Shown here: piece after piece, positions 49,298-59,289 of the stretch | Layout of the letters: each line of letters starts with the position of its first letter | Numbering within the stretch: position 1 is the stretch's first letter | Assembly (NCBI GenBank): GCA_965203355.1 | Contig: OZ241889.1 | Span: forward strand, 96,001 to 160,000 | DNA length: 64,000 nucleotides | Reading direction: 5' to 3' | From: Candidatus Latescibacterota bacterium | GTDB lineage: Bacteria > Latescibacterota > UBA2968 > UBA8231 | Notes under the pieces: model-generated | Told to the model about the DNA's origin: nothing | Seen by the model: only the letters and a program-made list of their open reading frames with translations | The model's database searches: none | Made by a program: the position numbers and the translations under genes

Positions 49298-49891
49298 TCA
49301 GGGTTCCTTGTAGGAAAAGGTCGCGCGGAACAGGTAGTGAAAACCCGACAGCAGCGTCAGCAACAACACCCCGGCCAACAGTGCATTGGCCAAAAGCTGG
49401 ATTAGCTGATCGTCGAGAAAGGAAAGATGGCCTGCGGCAAAGCGCCCCCTCGCCTCCTCAAGGCCAATGACAAAAAGTATGAAGATAACCGTGAAAAGCT
49501 GGACCGCGGTCTTCCACTTGGCCAAGCGCGAAGTGACCATGGGGCGGCCCCGGTATATCCCGTAGAGGCGCACACCCGTAATCAGGATGTCGCGCCCGAC
49601 GATGGGCAAGACCAGCCAAAAATTGACCATTTTGTCCAACGCTAGGGCAACAAGTGCCGAAGTTATCAAGATCTTGTCGGCCAACGGGTCCAAGAAGCGG
49701 CCCAGCGGCGTTACTTGGTTGCCAGCACGCGCTAGTTTACCATCGTAGAAATCGGTCAGCGCGGCAGCACTGAAGACGACGAAGGCAAGGCTCCAAGTAT
49801 CGGTGAACAGCAGCAGCAAAAACAGCGGCGTCAAACCGATCCTGAGCGCGGTCAGTCCATTGGGCAAGTTAAAAATATCGCGCCGGTCCAT
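49298..49891 (-). CDS. pgsA: CDP-diacylglycerol--glycerol-3-phosphate 3-phosphatidyltransferase
   Basis: NLPNGLT, TDFYDGKLAR...GRFLDPLADK, AKWKT. Confidence 0.92.
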   Translation of the reverse strand: MDRRDIFNLPNGLTALRIGLTPLFLLLLFTDTWSLAFVVFSAAALTDFYDGKLARAGNQVTPLGRFLDPLADKILITSALVALALDKMVNFWLVLPIVGRDILITGVRLYGIYRGRPMVTSRLAKWKTAVQLFTVIFILFVIGLEEARGRFAAGHLSFLDDQLIQLLANALLAGVLLLTLLSGFHYLFRATFSYKEP

Positions 49892-49897
49892 ATTACC

Positions 49898-50494
49898 TCA
49901 CAGCGAAGACCGGCCGGCAAAGGCCAGCGAAAGAGTGACGCTGTCGGCCAAATCCAAATCCGCGCCCACCGGCAGACCGCGCGCCAGCCTCGATACCTTG
50001 GTCAGTGGCATGAGTTGCTGCGCGATGAAGTGAGCGGTGGCATCGCCCTCGGCGTTGGCATTGAGCGCGAGCATTACCTCTTGGACGCCCTGCTGGCGCA
50101 CACGTTCGACCAAGGAGTCGATGTGCAAATTCTCGGGCAGCACGCCGTCTTGCGGGGAGAGCACTCCGCCGAGCACGTGATACGCCCCAGCGTAAAACTG
50201 ACTCATTTCAAAGGCCAACACATCGCTGGCTTCGGCCACCACGCAGAGGAACTGTTGGTCGCGCCGAGTGTCTCGGCAGACTTCGCATAGAGGCGCGCCT
50301 TTTTGGGTGAAGTTGTAACAAGTGACGCAGTGTTCGATTTGGTCTTTGGCGGCAAGGAGCGCCTTGGCGAGCAACTCGGCTTCCTCGCGCGGCCGCTTGA
50401 CCACATAGAGCGCCAAGCGCTGCGCTGTCTTGCGACCGATGCCGGGCAGCTTGGCAAATGCAACGATCAAATCTTCGAGAGCCAGCGGTTCCAT
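49898..50494 (-). CDS. recR: Recombination mediator RecR
   Basis: LPGIGRKTAQRL, C4 zinc finger, YHVLGG, EGDATA. Confidence 0.96.
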   Translation of the reverse strand: MEPLALEDLIVAFAKLPGIGRKTAQRLALYVVKRPREEAELLAKALLAAKDQIEHCVTCYNFTQKGAPLCEVCRDTRRDQQFLCVVAEASDVLAFEMSQFYAGAYHVLGGVLSPQDGVLPENLHIDSLVERVRQQGVQEVMLALNANAEGDATAHFIAQQLMPLTKVSRLARGLPVGADLDLADSVTLSLAFAGRSSL

Positions 50495-50502
50495 GCGATT
50501 TA

Positions 50503-52140
50503 TCAGACTAACTCGCCATCAAAAGCGTCGAGCACCGAGCGGAGGGTGGGGTCGGATTCGGGCTGGCTTGTCGCTTGCGAGGCTGGTTGCTCTACTTTAT
50601 TTGCGACGGCCTCTAAGCGCAGCCGCCACCCGTATTTTACCTTGGCTATCTCTTCTATGTTTTCTCGGTTTTTGATCACTTGGGTCATGGCAAAGCGGTC
50701 GGCGGCCCCAAAGCTCAGCTTGAGCACGTGGCCTTCTAGACTGTCTAAGGTCGCCATATTGAGAAAAGATGCCACCGACCGCTTGGCGGCCCCCACGGCA
50801 TTAACCAGCCCGGCCCAGTTAGTGCGCAGCTGATCAAAGCTCGGTGCGGCAACACTAGCGGCATTGCTCGACTCAGCTGGAGCAGCGACTTGCTGCTGAG
50901 CCGGGGGCGGAGGTGCCGCCGGTTCGCGGCGACTGCTGGGCTGCGGAGGTGCCGCCGGTTCACGCGGACCGCTGCCTAGCGGCGGCGGGGCGGCCGGGCG
51001 CGGCGCAGCACCTTCAAGCGACTGCAAGCGACGCAGCAGTTCGCCCACATCGACAGACCGGCCCATCAGCGCCAGATGCACCAAGGCGATTTCTAGGCGG
51101 AAGCGCGGCTGTAGCGAACGCTTTAGATCCGCTTCTACATCCAACAGCGACTGCATCATGCGCAGCAAATCTTCGACCGCCATGGCGTCCGCAAGCTCGC
51201 CACAGCGGCGGCGGGCGTCTTCGGCCATATCCAACTCGTCGGCCCCGCCCTGTATCTTGGCGAAGAGCAGGTGGCGCAAAAGTTCGGCTAGGCCATAGAC
51301 GAACTCCTCAATATCGGCCCCTTCGTCAACGGCTTGGGCGACGACATCCAACACTCGTGCGGGGGCCGCTTCGCGCATGGCGTCGAGCAATTCAAAGTAG
51401 AGACCGCGATCGACGAGACCCAACACCTGCACCACGGCTTGCTGCGACACCTCCGCGCCCAATGAGACCACTTGATCGAGGAGGCTTTCAGCGTCGCGCA
51501 AGGCACCATCCGCACGGCTAGCCAACAGATGGAGCGCGCCCTCCTCCACCGCAATGCCCTCAGCTTGGGCAATGGTGCCGAGATGAGTGGCGATCTGCCC
51601 GGTGGAGATGCGGCGAAAATTGAAGCGCTGACAACGCGAGAGAATGGTGTCCGGGACCGACTGTACTTCCGTGGTGGCAAAGATGAAAACCACGTGCTCT
51701 GGCGGCTCCTCCAGCGTCTTCAACAGCGCATTGAACGCCGCGGTCGAAAGCATGTGAACTTCGTCAATGATGTAGATCTTATAGACACCGGCGGTCGCGG
51801 CGTAGCGCACGACCTCGCGCAACTCGCGGACGTCATCGACGCTGTTGTTGGAGGCCCCGTCGATCTCCAGCACGTTCATGCTGGTGGCGGAGGCGATGCT
51901 CTGGCAGGAATCGCACGCCTCGCAGGGATTGCCGTCGCCGGGGTCGGCGCAGTTGAGGACCTTGGCGAGAATCCGCGCGGTCGTGGTCTTGCCCACGCCG
52001 CGAGGGCCGCAAAACAGGTAGCACTGCGCGACGCGCCCGGAATGGACGGCGCTCTTTAGGGTGGCAGTAATATGCTCCTGCCCGACGACTTCGTCGAATT
52101 GGCGCGGACGCCACTTGCGCGCTGTTACCTGATAGGCCAT
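50503..52140 (-). CDS. dnaX: DNA polymerase III subunit gamma/tau
   Basis: ARKWRP, GPRGVGKT, IIDEVHML, SRCQ. Confidence 0.97.
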   Translation of the reverse strand: MAYQVTARKWRPRQFDEVVGQEHITATLKSAVHSGRVAQCYLFCGPRGVGKTTTARILAKVLNCADPGDGNPCEACDSCQSIASATSMNVLEIDGASNNSVDDVRELREVVRYAATAGVYKIYIIDEVHMLSTAAFNALLKTLEEPPEHVVFIFATTEVQSVPDTILSRCQRFNFRRISTGQIATHLGTIAQAEGIAVEEGALHLLASRADGALRDAESLLDQVVSLGAEVSQQAVVQVLGLVDRGLYFELLDAMREAAPARVLDVVAQAVDEGADIEEFVYGLAELLRHLLFAKIQGGADELDMAEDARRRCGELADAMAVEDLLRMMQSLLDVEADLKRSLQPRFRLEIALVHLALMGRSVDVGELLRRLQSLEGAAPRPAAPPPLGSGPREPAAPPQPSSRREPAAPPPPAQQQVAAPAESSNAASVAAPSFDQLRTNWAGLVNAVGAAKRSVASFLNMATLDSLEGHVLKLSFGAADRFAMTQVIKNRENIEEIAKVKYGWRLRLEAVANKVEQPASQATSQPESDPTLRSVLDAFDGELV

Positions 52141-52190
52141 TTGCGTTGCTCGACACAGCCAAGCTGAAGGGAAAAAACAAAAAATTAAAA

Positions 52191-52461
52191 GGCCGTGCAC
52201 CCATCTTCGATCCCGCCCTCAGGTCTGCCCAGAGCCAGTTAGCTCCAACCGGACCACTCTGCGGCACACCAAGAGACATTCCTACCGCTGCTACCTTCCG
52301 GTCCTGACGGGGTTCAGAAGCTCTTGATTGCACAGAATCCGGTCTTCAGCGCCACTTTACTCCGGTCGAACAAGGGGTGCGAAAACCTCTGGATGGGAAT
52401 TCAATCCCGCTATAGCGGATTGCGGGTACAGGGCACCGCTATCTCCCCATCTAGCACGACC
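52191..52461 (-). ncRNA. ffs: Large-type signal recognition particle RNA with Alu domain
   Basis: 5' GGTCGTGCTAGATGGGGAGATAGCGGTGCCCTGTACCCGCAATCCGC; helix 8 TCAGGACCGGAAGGTAGCAGC; 3' GCACGGCC pairs with the 5' end; upstream of dnaX. Confidence 0.93.
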
Positions 52462-52498
52462 TAAAACACTGCATTTCACAGCGGGTATCCGAAAAACA

Positions 52499-52574
52499 TG
52501 GTGGAGCAGATGGGGATCGAACCCACGACCTCCAGATTGCGAACCTGGCGCTCTCCCAACTGAGCTACTGCCCC
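52499..52574 (-). tRNA. tRNA-Ala(CGC)
   Basis: 76-nt cloverleaf, G3:U70 pair, anticodon loop TTCGCAA, CCA end. Confidence 0.95.
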
Positions 52575-52587
52575 GCCCGGACAATTA

Positions 52588-52678
52588 TGGCGGAGAGAGA
52601 GGGATTCGAACCCTCGGTAGGGGGTTGCCCTACACACGATTTCCAGTCGTGCACCTTCGGCCACTCGGTCATCTCTCC
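52588..52678 (-). tRNA. tRNA-Ser(GGA)
   Basis: Long variable arm, anticodon loop CTGGAAA, GCCA end. Confidence 0.95.
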
Positions 52679-52699
52679 GCAAAAACACTTTGCCTTAAA

Positions 52700-52789
<90 letters not shown>

Positions 52790-52794
52790 CCGAT

Positions 52795-53280
52795 CTACTT
52801 GGCCGCTCGCAGGGCCGCAAAAAACCCCTTGAGCAACTCGGCACATTCTCGCTCTAGCACCCCGCCGCGGACCTGACAGCGATGATTGAGCCGGGGATCC
52901 TCCGCAATGTTGCGCAACGAGCCGCAAGCACCGGATTTAGGATCGGCGGCCCCAAAGACCAGCCATGGCACCCGAGCCAAAACCGCAGCCCCAGCGCACA
53001 TGGCGCAAGGTTCCAAAGTGACGTAGAGCGTCGTCGCCAATAAGCGCCGCGTCCCCAGTGCTGTTGCGGCTTGGCGCAAGGCCAGCATCTCCGCGTGGGC
53101 CGTGGGATCCTGCGTCGCTTCAATGGCGTTGCCCGCCCGGCCCAAAATCCGCCCGGCTCCGACGACGACAGCACCGACGGGGACCTCGCCGCGACGGCCG
53201 GCGCACTCGGCCGCTCGCAGGGCCTCGCGCATCCAATAGCTGTCTTCGGCGAATGAGCTAACTGCTTCCGTAGAATCCAT
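52795..53280 (-). CDS. tadA: tRNA adenosine(34) deaminase
   Basis: EVPVGAV, HAE, TLEPCAMCAGA, FF at C-terminus. Confidence 0.93.
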   Translation of the reverse strand: MDSTEAVSSFAEDSYWMREALRAAECAGRRGEVPVGAVVVGAGRILGRAGNAIEATQDPTAHAEMLALRQAATALGTRRLLATTLYVTLEPCAMCAGAAVLARVPWLVFGAADPKSGACGSLRNIAEDPRLNHRCQVRGGVLERECAELLKGFFAALRAAK

Positions 53281-53361
53281 TTGAGGCCGTTTTAAGAGGC
53301 CTCCGCAAAAGGTTGTAAAATATAACGGCTGCCCAAAACAAGAGCAAGGCTTAGCGGGGCT

Positions 53362-53787
53362 TCAAAAGCGCTTGCGATAATGGTCACGAGGCAACCGAGA
53401 AGAGGCCCGACGCTGCCAGTAACTTTCCGCGTCGGGAGCGATTTTGCGGTCGAGCGGATCGCGGCCCAAAAGGCGCATACCAAGCCCAGTCAGCGTAAAA
53501 AGCGTGTAGAAAACCAGCCCCAAGAGCAGGTGGATATTGACAAAAGCCACCATCCTCGCCAGCCACATGTAGGGAAAGTAGATCGGCTTCAACGCTACGG
53601 GCAGTATCAACCCAGTCCCGAACAACGCGAGCGAGGCCGCGTGTACAAACGGGGCGACGCCGACCGCCTCCACGTACCACAGATAGCCGCCGAGCAAGGC
53701 CAGCAACGCCGCTAGCACGATTCCGAATCGGCGCAAATCGCCGCGTGTGGGCACCGCGACCCCCCAGTAGCTCTTGGCCTCAGTCAA
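53362..53787 (-). CDS. SxtJ-family membrane protein
   Basis: LRRFG, WM..A, LLGRDPL, SYW, ending RKRF; TTG start with GAGGAG RBS. Confidence 0.8.
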   Translation of the reverse strand: MTEAKSYWGVAVPTRGDLRRFGIVLAALLALLGGYLWYVEAVGVAPFVHAASLALFGTGLILPVALKPIYFPYMWLARMVAFVNIHLLLGLVFYTLFTLTGLGMRLLGRDPLDRKIAPDAESYWQRRASSRLPRDHYRKRF

Positions 53788-55603
53788 GCTCAAACTCCTC
53801 TTGCCAATCCGGTTCTCCTTGCCACTGCGGCTGGTCTTGCTTGTCCAAGACATAAGAACCTATGACCAAAAAATCCATCTCCGTCCGCATGAAGCAGCGA
53901 TAGGCATCCTCGGGGCTTTGGACGATGGGTTCGCCGCGCACGTTGAAGGACGTGTTGACGACCACTGGATATCCGGTCAAGCTCTGAAAAGCGCGAATCA
54001 CATCGTAGTAACGCGGGTGATCTTGCCGGCGCAGCGTCTGCACCCGCGCCGAGTAATCCACATGGGTGACGGCCGGCATATCCGAGCGCGGCACGTGGAG
54101 CTTGTCGATGCCGAACAGCCGCTGCTGGTCCTCGCTCGTGGGAATCTGTCGCTCCGCTTTAACCGGGGCCACTTGCAGCATGTAGGGCGAGTCGGCATCC
54201 AATTCAAAGAACTCGTGGACGCATTCGCGCAGAACCGTCGGGGCGAAGGGGCGGAAGCTCTCGCGAAACTTGATCTTGAGGTTCATCACCGACTGCATCT
54301 GGGTGGAGCGCGGGTCTCCGAGAATCGACCGGGCACCGAGCGCGCGCGGCCCAAACTCCATCCGCCCCTGAAAAAAGCCAACTACCTTGCCCGCAGCCAA
54401 CAGCTCGGCCACGCGCAATGGCAACTCGTCTTCGGCGATCTTTTGCGCCACCCCCGCCTGCTGCTCAAGGCAGTGGTAAATTTCTTCGTCCCCGTACTCA
54501 GGCCCCAACAGCGCCCCCCGCATCGCGTCGTTTTCGCCGTCGGCTACCCGCTCGTGGTTCAAGTGGTGATACCACAGCGCCAGCGCAACGCCCAAGGCCC
54601 CGCCGGCATCGCCCGCGGCCGGCTGGACCCAGATGTTTTCAAAGGGACCCTCGCGCAAGATGCGGCCGTTGCCGACGCAGTTGAGGGCTACGCCACCGGC
54701 CATGCACAAGTTTTTGAGCTTGGTTTCTCGATGCACGGTGCGGGCAATGCGCAGCATGACTTCCTCGGTGACGACCTGACAGGAGCACGCAATATCCATC
54801 TCGCGCTGGGTCAGCGGCGTCTCTGGCCGTCGGGGTGGTCCCCCGAAGAGCTTGTCCATGGCCCGACTGGTCATCGTCAGGCCGGATAGATAGTTGAAAT
54901 ACCGAGTGTTGAGCTTGAAGGAGCCGTCGTCTTTCAGATCAATTATCTCGTTGAGCATTAGATCGACGTATTTCGGCGCGCCATAGGGGGCGAGTCCCAT
55001 CAGCTTGTACTCGCCGGAGTTGACTTTGAAGCCCGTAAAATAGGTAAAAGCCGAATAGAACAAACCCAGCGAGTGGGGAAACTTGAGGTCGGCCAAGGTG
55101 TGAATTTCAGCATCTCGGCCGTAGCCATAGCTGGTAGTGGTCCATTCGCCGACGCCGTCCAAGGTCGCGATCGCCGCTTCTCGATACGGCGACGGATAGA
55201 AGGCCGACGCGGCGTGCGACTCGTGGTGATCGCCAAACAGCACGGGAACTTCGCAGCCGAGTTGCTCTTGGATTAACTGCGGGATCCACAGCTTCTTTTC
55301 CAGCCATACCTTCATGCTCTTCCAGTAGAGGCGCAGACCCAACGGCGCCGTGCCGAGATGGGTCTCTAGCAGGCGTTCAAAGGTCAGCAGGGGCTTGTCG
55401 TAAAACCCCACGCAGTGCAGGTCTTTGGCCTCAATACCGCCTTCCCGCAGACAATATTCGACTGCGCGCGCGGGAAAATCTGGATCGTGTTTAACGCGCG
55501 TGAATCGCTCCTCCTGCGCGGCGGCGACGATCGCTCCATCGCGCACCAAACAGGCCGCGCTATCGTGATAGAACGCGGAAATACCGAGGATGTAAGTGGC
55601 CAT
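53780..55603 (-). CDS. O-carbamoyltransferase (NodU/CmcH family)
   Basis: GISAFYHDSAA, EERF, HHESHAAS, DGVGE, GEYKLMGLAPYG, NTSFN. Confidence 0.93.
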   Translation of the reverse strand: MATYILGISAFYHDSAACLVRDGAIVAAAQEERFTRVKHDPDFPARAVEYCLREGGIEAKDLHCVGFYDKPLLTFERLLETHLGTAPLGLRLYWKSMKVWLEKKLWIPQLIQEQLGCEVPVLFGDHHESHAASAFYPSPYREAAIATLDGVGEWTTTSYGYGRDAEIHTLADLKFPHSLGLFYSAFTYFTGFKVNSGEYKLMGLAPYGAPKYVDLMLNEIIDLKDDGSFKLNTRYFNYLSGLTMTSRAMDKLFGGPPRRPETPLTQREMDIACSCQVVTEEVMLRIARTVHRETKLKNLCMAGGVALNCVGNGRILREGPFENIWVQPAAGDAGGALGVALALWYHHLNHERVADGENDAMRGALLGPEYGDEEIYHCLEQQAGVAQKIAEDELPLRVAELLAAGKVVGFFQGRMEFGPRALGARSILGDPRSTQMQSVMNLKIKFRESFRPFAPTVLRECVHEFFELDADSPYMLQVAPVKAERQIPTSEDQQRLFGIDKLHVPRSDMPAVTHVDYSARVQTLRRQDHPRYYDVIRAFQSLTGYPVVVNTSFNVRGEPIVQSPEDAYRCFMRTEMDFLVIGSYVLDKQDQPQWQGEPDWQEEFELD

Positions 55604-55610
55604 AAGGAGC

Positions 55611-55639
55611 TTGACAAAATGGGGTATGGCAGCGATAAT
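55611..55639 (+). promoter_or_regulatory. Sigma70-type promoter for lysA
   Basis: TTGACA-17 nt-GATAAT. Confidence 0.65.
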
Positions 55640-55695
55640 AGAGGGTTTTCATAACCTATGGATTCTATTGAAAAATATCAAGTTAGGGTCATTTA

Positions 55696-56967
55696 ATGGA
55701 ACGGCTTTCAATCCTGTCTGAAGACCAAGTTCGCACCGTCCAGCGCCAATTTGGCACCCCCACTTTTGTCTATAGTCAAAAGGTGTTGAAATCCCAAGCC
55801 CAAAAGGCACTGGCCTTCCCCAATGCACACGGCCTGACGGTGCGCTACGCCTTGAAAGCCTGTCCGACCGCCGGCGTGGTCCGCATTCTAAACCGAGCCG
55901 GCCTGCACATCGACGCGAGCAGTGGCTACGAAGCATTGCGGGCCATGCGCGCTGGCGTCCCCGCGGCCCAAATTCAACTCACGGCCCAGCAATTACCCGA
56001 TAATTTAGCAGACCTAGTGCGCCAAGGGATCCTCTTCAACGCCTGTTCCCTGCATCAACTCGCAGCCTACGGGCGGCTCTTTCCGGGCCGCGAAGTCTCC
56101 GTGCGAGTCAACCCAGGTCTGGGCTCGGGACACAGCAACCGCACCAATACCGGCGGCCCTTCGTCGAGCTTCGGCATCTGGCACGAACACCTCGACCAAG
56201 TGCTCGCAACGGTTGCCGAGCACAACCTGCAACTCACTAGTTTGCACAGCCATATCGGCTCGGGCAGCGATCCAGCAGTCTGGCAGCACTGCGCCCGGCT
56301 GACACTCGGCGTGGCCGCCAAGCTGCCTGAGGTCCGGCGCGTGAGCATGGGCGGCGGTTTCAAAATTGGGCGCATGGCCGACGAAGCATCGACCGACTTG
56401 CACAAGGCCGGCCAACCTGTCGCCGATGAATTTAACCGCTTCGCCCGCACGCACGGCCGCAAACTGCATCTAGAAATCGAACCGGGAACCTTCTTAGTGG
56501 GCAACGCCGGCGCCATCGTTTGCAGCGTCATCGACGTAGTCGATACCGGTCGGCAGGGCTATTCCTTCATCAAGGTCGATAGCGGCATGACCGAAGTACT
56601 GCGTCCCAGTATGTACGGAGCGCAACACCCCATCGTCGTAGTTCCGGCGACCCTAGCGGAACGCGGCCAAGGCGATTATCTAATCGCCGGCCACTGCTGT
56701 GAAAGCGGGGATAGTCTCACGCCAGCCCCCGGCAATCCCGAAGAATTGGAACCTCGCGCACTCACCGAGCCGCGCGTCGGCGACGCCGTCTTTATCGGCG
56801 GCAGTGGAGCCTATTGCGCTGGCATGGCCGCCAAAAACTACAATTCCTTCCCGGAAGCCTGCGAAGTATTGCTCGGCACCGATGGCGAGTTTCATCTGCT
56901 GCGTCAGCGACAGACCCTCAAGCAGATCGTAGCCAACGAGTCCCTACCCCCTTTCCTCGGCACCTAA
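55696..56967 (+). CDS. lysA: Diaminopimelate decarboxylase
   Basis: YALKA, DASS, HIGSG, GGG, EPG, CESGD, GAY. Confidence 0.9.
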   Translation: MERLSILSEDQVRTVQRQFGTPTFVYSQKVLKSQAQKALAFPNAHGLTVRYALKACPTAGVVRILNRAGLHIDASSGYEALRAMRAGVPAAQIQLTAQQLPDNLADLVRQGILFNACSLHQLAAYGRLFPGREVSVRVNPGLGSGHSNRTNTGGPSSSFGIWHEHLDQVLATVAEHNLQLTSLHSHIGSGSDPAVWQHCARLTLGVAAKLPEVRRVSMGGGFKIGRMADEASTDLHKAGQPVADEFNRFARTHGRKLHLEIEPGTFLVGNAGAIVCSVIDVVDTGRQGYSFIKVDSGMTEVLRPSMYGAQHPIVVVPATLAERGQGDYLIAGHCCESGDSLTPAPGNPEELEPRALTEPRVGDAVFIGGSGAYCAGMAAKNYNSFPEACEVLLGTDGEFHLLRQRQTLKQIVANESLPPFLGT

Positions 56968-57975
56968 GCCGCGCAACTTCGGGTCCAGCGCGTCGCGCAG
57001 CCCGTCGCCTAGCAGGTTGTACAGGGTCACGGTCGCAAAAATGGCCACGCCCGGCACGACCACCAGCCACCACGCCGCTGCGTTACTGCGCGCCCCGGCC
57101 AGCAGGGCACCCCAAGTGATCACTTCGGCTGGCACCCCCACCCCCAAAAAGCTCAGCCCCGACTCGGAGAGTATGGCTCCCGCCACTCCGAAAGCCGCCG
57201 GGATCAAGATAGGGCCGATGGCGTTGGGCAAGATGTGGCGGAACATGATCCGCCCATTTGAGCAGCCAAGGCTGCGCGCGGCGACCACGTAATCGTAGCT
57301 GCGCACCTGCAAAAACTGCGAGCGCGTCAAGCGGGCGATACCGACCCAGCTCGTAAGACCGATAATGATCATGACAAAGAACAGACTCGGCGGGAAAAAC
57401 GCCGCGACCGTCAATATCAAGAAGAAGCTAGGGATCGCGGCCCACAGTTCAAAAAGACGCGAGAGCACCAAGTCGATCCAGCCTCCGAAGTAACCGGCCA
57501 ACGCTCCTAAGACCAAACCGATGGACAGCGATATGCCCACGGCCACTAGGCCGATGGTCAAGGCGTAGCGCGTACCGTGAATCAGTCCCGAGAGCACGTC
57601 CCGGCCCAGGCGGTCCGTACCCAGCCAGTGATCGGCCCCCGGGGGCTGGTACTTCTCCCGCAAGCGGACTTCGCTTGGAGCATAAGGTATCGGGGGGAAA
57701 ATGGCTTCCTCTAGCTTGAGCTTTTTGAAGTTGCGGCGGCGCTTCAATTCTGCCGGCCAGTCCACGATCCCTAAATAGACTGCGTATTGGCGAAAAGCCG
57801 GAAAGTAGGTCTCGCCCTTGTATTTCATGTAGTACGGCTTGTCGCCAGCCAGCAAGTCGGCACTTACGGCCACAATTCCCAGCAAGGCAATGCCCAAGAG
57901 ACTGAGCAGAGCGGGTCTGTTTTTTTTGAGTTGCTTCCAGACGACCTGCCCGTAGGACTGCCCTTGCACACTCAT
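56944..57975 (-). CDS. Oligopeptide/dipeptide ABC permease (OppC/DppC-like)
   Basis: HWLGTDRLGRD, AARSLG, RHILPN, GDGLRDALDP. Confidence 0.93.
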   Translation of the reverse strand: MSVQGQSYGQVVWKQLKKNRPALLSLLGIALLGIVAVSADLLAGDKPYYMKYKGETYFPAFRQYAVYLGIVDWPAELKRRRNFKKLKLEEAIFPPIPYAPSEVRLREKYQPPGADHWLGTDRLGRDVLSGLIHGTRYALTIGLVAVGISLSIGLVLGALAGYFGGWIDLVLSRLFELWAAIPSFFLILTVAAFFPPSLFFVMIIIGLTSWVGIARLTRSQFLQVRSYDYVVAARSLGCSNGRIMFRHILPNAIGPILIPAAFGVAGAILSESGLSFLGVGVPAEVITWGALLAGARSNAAAWWLVVVPGVAIFATVTLYNLLGDGLRDALDPKLRGLGAEERG

Positions 57976-59271
57976 CTACACGCTCGCAAAGTCGATGCGC
58001 GGATCCACGACCTTGAGCAGAATATCCGCCGCCAAGATCCCCGCCAGCGCTAGGGCCGAACCGATGGTTAAGAGTGCCATCGCCACCGGGTAATCCCGCA
58101 CGATAACCGACTGGAAGGCCAAAAAGCCCATGCCTGGAATGGTGAAGATCGTCTCGATAAACACCGAACCCGCGATCATGCCCGGCAACAACCCCGCCAG
58201 CAGGGTTACAATGGGAATCAGGGAATTGCGCAGCACGTGGCGCAGCACTACAACCCGATAGCGCAAGCCCTTGGCTTGGGCGGTGCGCACGTAGTCCAGC
58301 CGCAGATTTTCCAGCATACTGGTGCGCATGTAGCGCGAGATGCCAGCGAAACTAGCGTAGGTCGAAGCCAAGATCGGCAACACCATGTGGTGGGCGTGGT
58401 CGGTCAGCAGCCGCCAGAACCCCCAGTCTTTCCCGGCGGCCAAGGACTGGATCCCAGAGGCCGGAAACCAGTGAAAAAATTCCTTGTTGCAGAAAAATAA
58501 GATCAACAGCATCCCGACCCAGAACGAAGGCATCGACCACAGCATGAAGGTCCCGGTGGTAACCAAGCGATCGATAATAGTATTTTGTTTGACCGCGATC
58601 ACTATACCGAGCGGCACGCCGACTAGATAGGCAAAAAACAAGCTAATGAGGTTGATTTCCAGCGTGATGGGTAGCCGGTCGAGGATGTGGTCGATGACCG
58701 GTTGTTGGTCTTTGAAGGAGCGTCCCAAGTTCAGCGTCACCAAGCGCCAGTCTCCGGCCTGCACCAGTTCCAAACCAGACCCAGCATACGCGTAGTTTTT
58801 AGCTGGCGAGAAAACGCGGCTCTGCCAGAAAGGCGACTCGACTAGCTCGGTGACGCGCTCGGGGCGCAGGTCGCGAAAATGCTCTAAGAACCGCTCCTTG
58901 CGCGCCTCGCCCTCAAGCGAGACCAACTCGGCCCGCTCCCGCGCTGGCAGTTCGTCGAGCACGGAGTCGGCCAACAAGGCGCCGCGGTCGAATGCGCCCA
59001 CGTCCTCCACGCGCAAGACCAAACTGGAAAGCCAGTGCAAATACTGGATGTGCAGCGGTTGGTCCAGCCCGAGCTGGCGGCGCAAATCCCGGCGCGTCTT
59101 CTCCAAGTCCGCTTGGTGGTCGGTGGCGATCCCCTCACCACCAGCGGCCCCGCCCAAAAACAGATCGACCGGGTCGCCGGGTGCCAAACGCATAATCAGG
59201 AAGGTCAGCAGGGTGATGCCGAGGAGGGTTGGGATGGCCAGCAGAATGCGCTGAATAGTGTACTGCAGCAT
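57976..59271 (-). CDS. Oligopeptide/dipeptide ABC permease (OppB/DppB-like)
   Basis: LAPGDP, LGLDQP, DYVRTAQAKGL, HVLRNSL, DPRI. Confidence 0.93.
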   Translation of the reverse strand: MLQYTIQRILLAIPTLLGITLLTFLIMRLAPGDPVDLFLGGAAGGEGIATDHQADLEKTRRDLRRQLGLDQPLHIQYLHWLSSLVLRVEDVGAFDRGALLADSVLDELPARERAELVSLEGEARKERFLEHFRDLRPERVTELVESPFWQSRVFSPAKNYAYAGSGLELVQAGDWRLVTLNLGRSFKDQQPVIDHILDRLPITLEINLISLFFAYLVGVPLGIVIAVKQNTIIDRLVTTGTFMLWSMPSFWVGMLLILFFCNKEFFHWFPASGIQSLAAGKDWGFWRLLTDHAHHMVLPILASTYASFAGISRYMRTSMLENLRLDYVRTAQAKGLRYRVVVLRHVLRNSLIPIVTLLAGLLPGMIAGSVFIETIFTIPGMGFLAFQSVIVRDYPVAMALLTIGSALALAGILAADILLKVVDPRIDFASV

Positions 59272-59289
59272 GGCGAAAACGCGGACTCT

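Noticed and set aside
50907-50961. 19-bp direct repeat in dnaX (REPAAPP twice)
   Set aside because: In-frame duplication in the Pro/Ala-rich linker, common in DnaX
53362-55603. Saxitoxin biosynthesis
   Set aside because: No sxtA, sxtG or other core genes; these families are widespread outside toxin clusters
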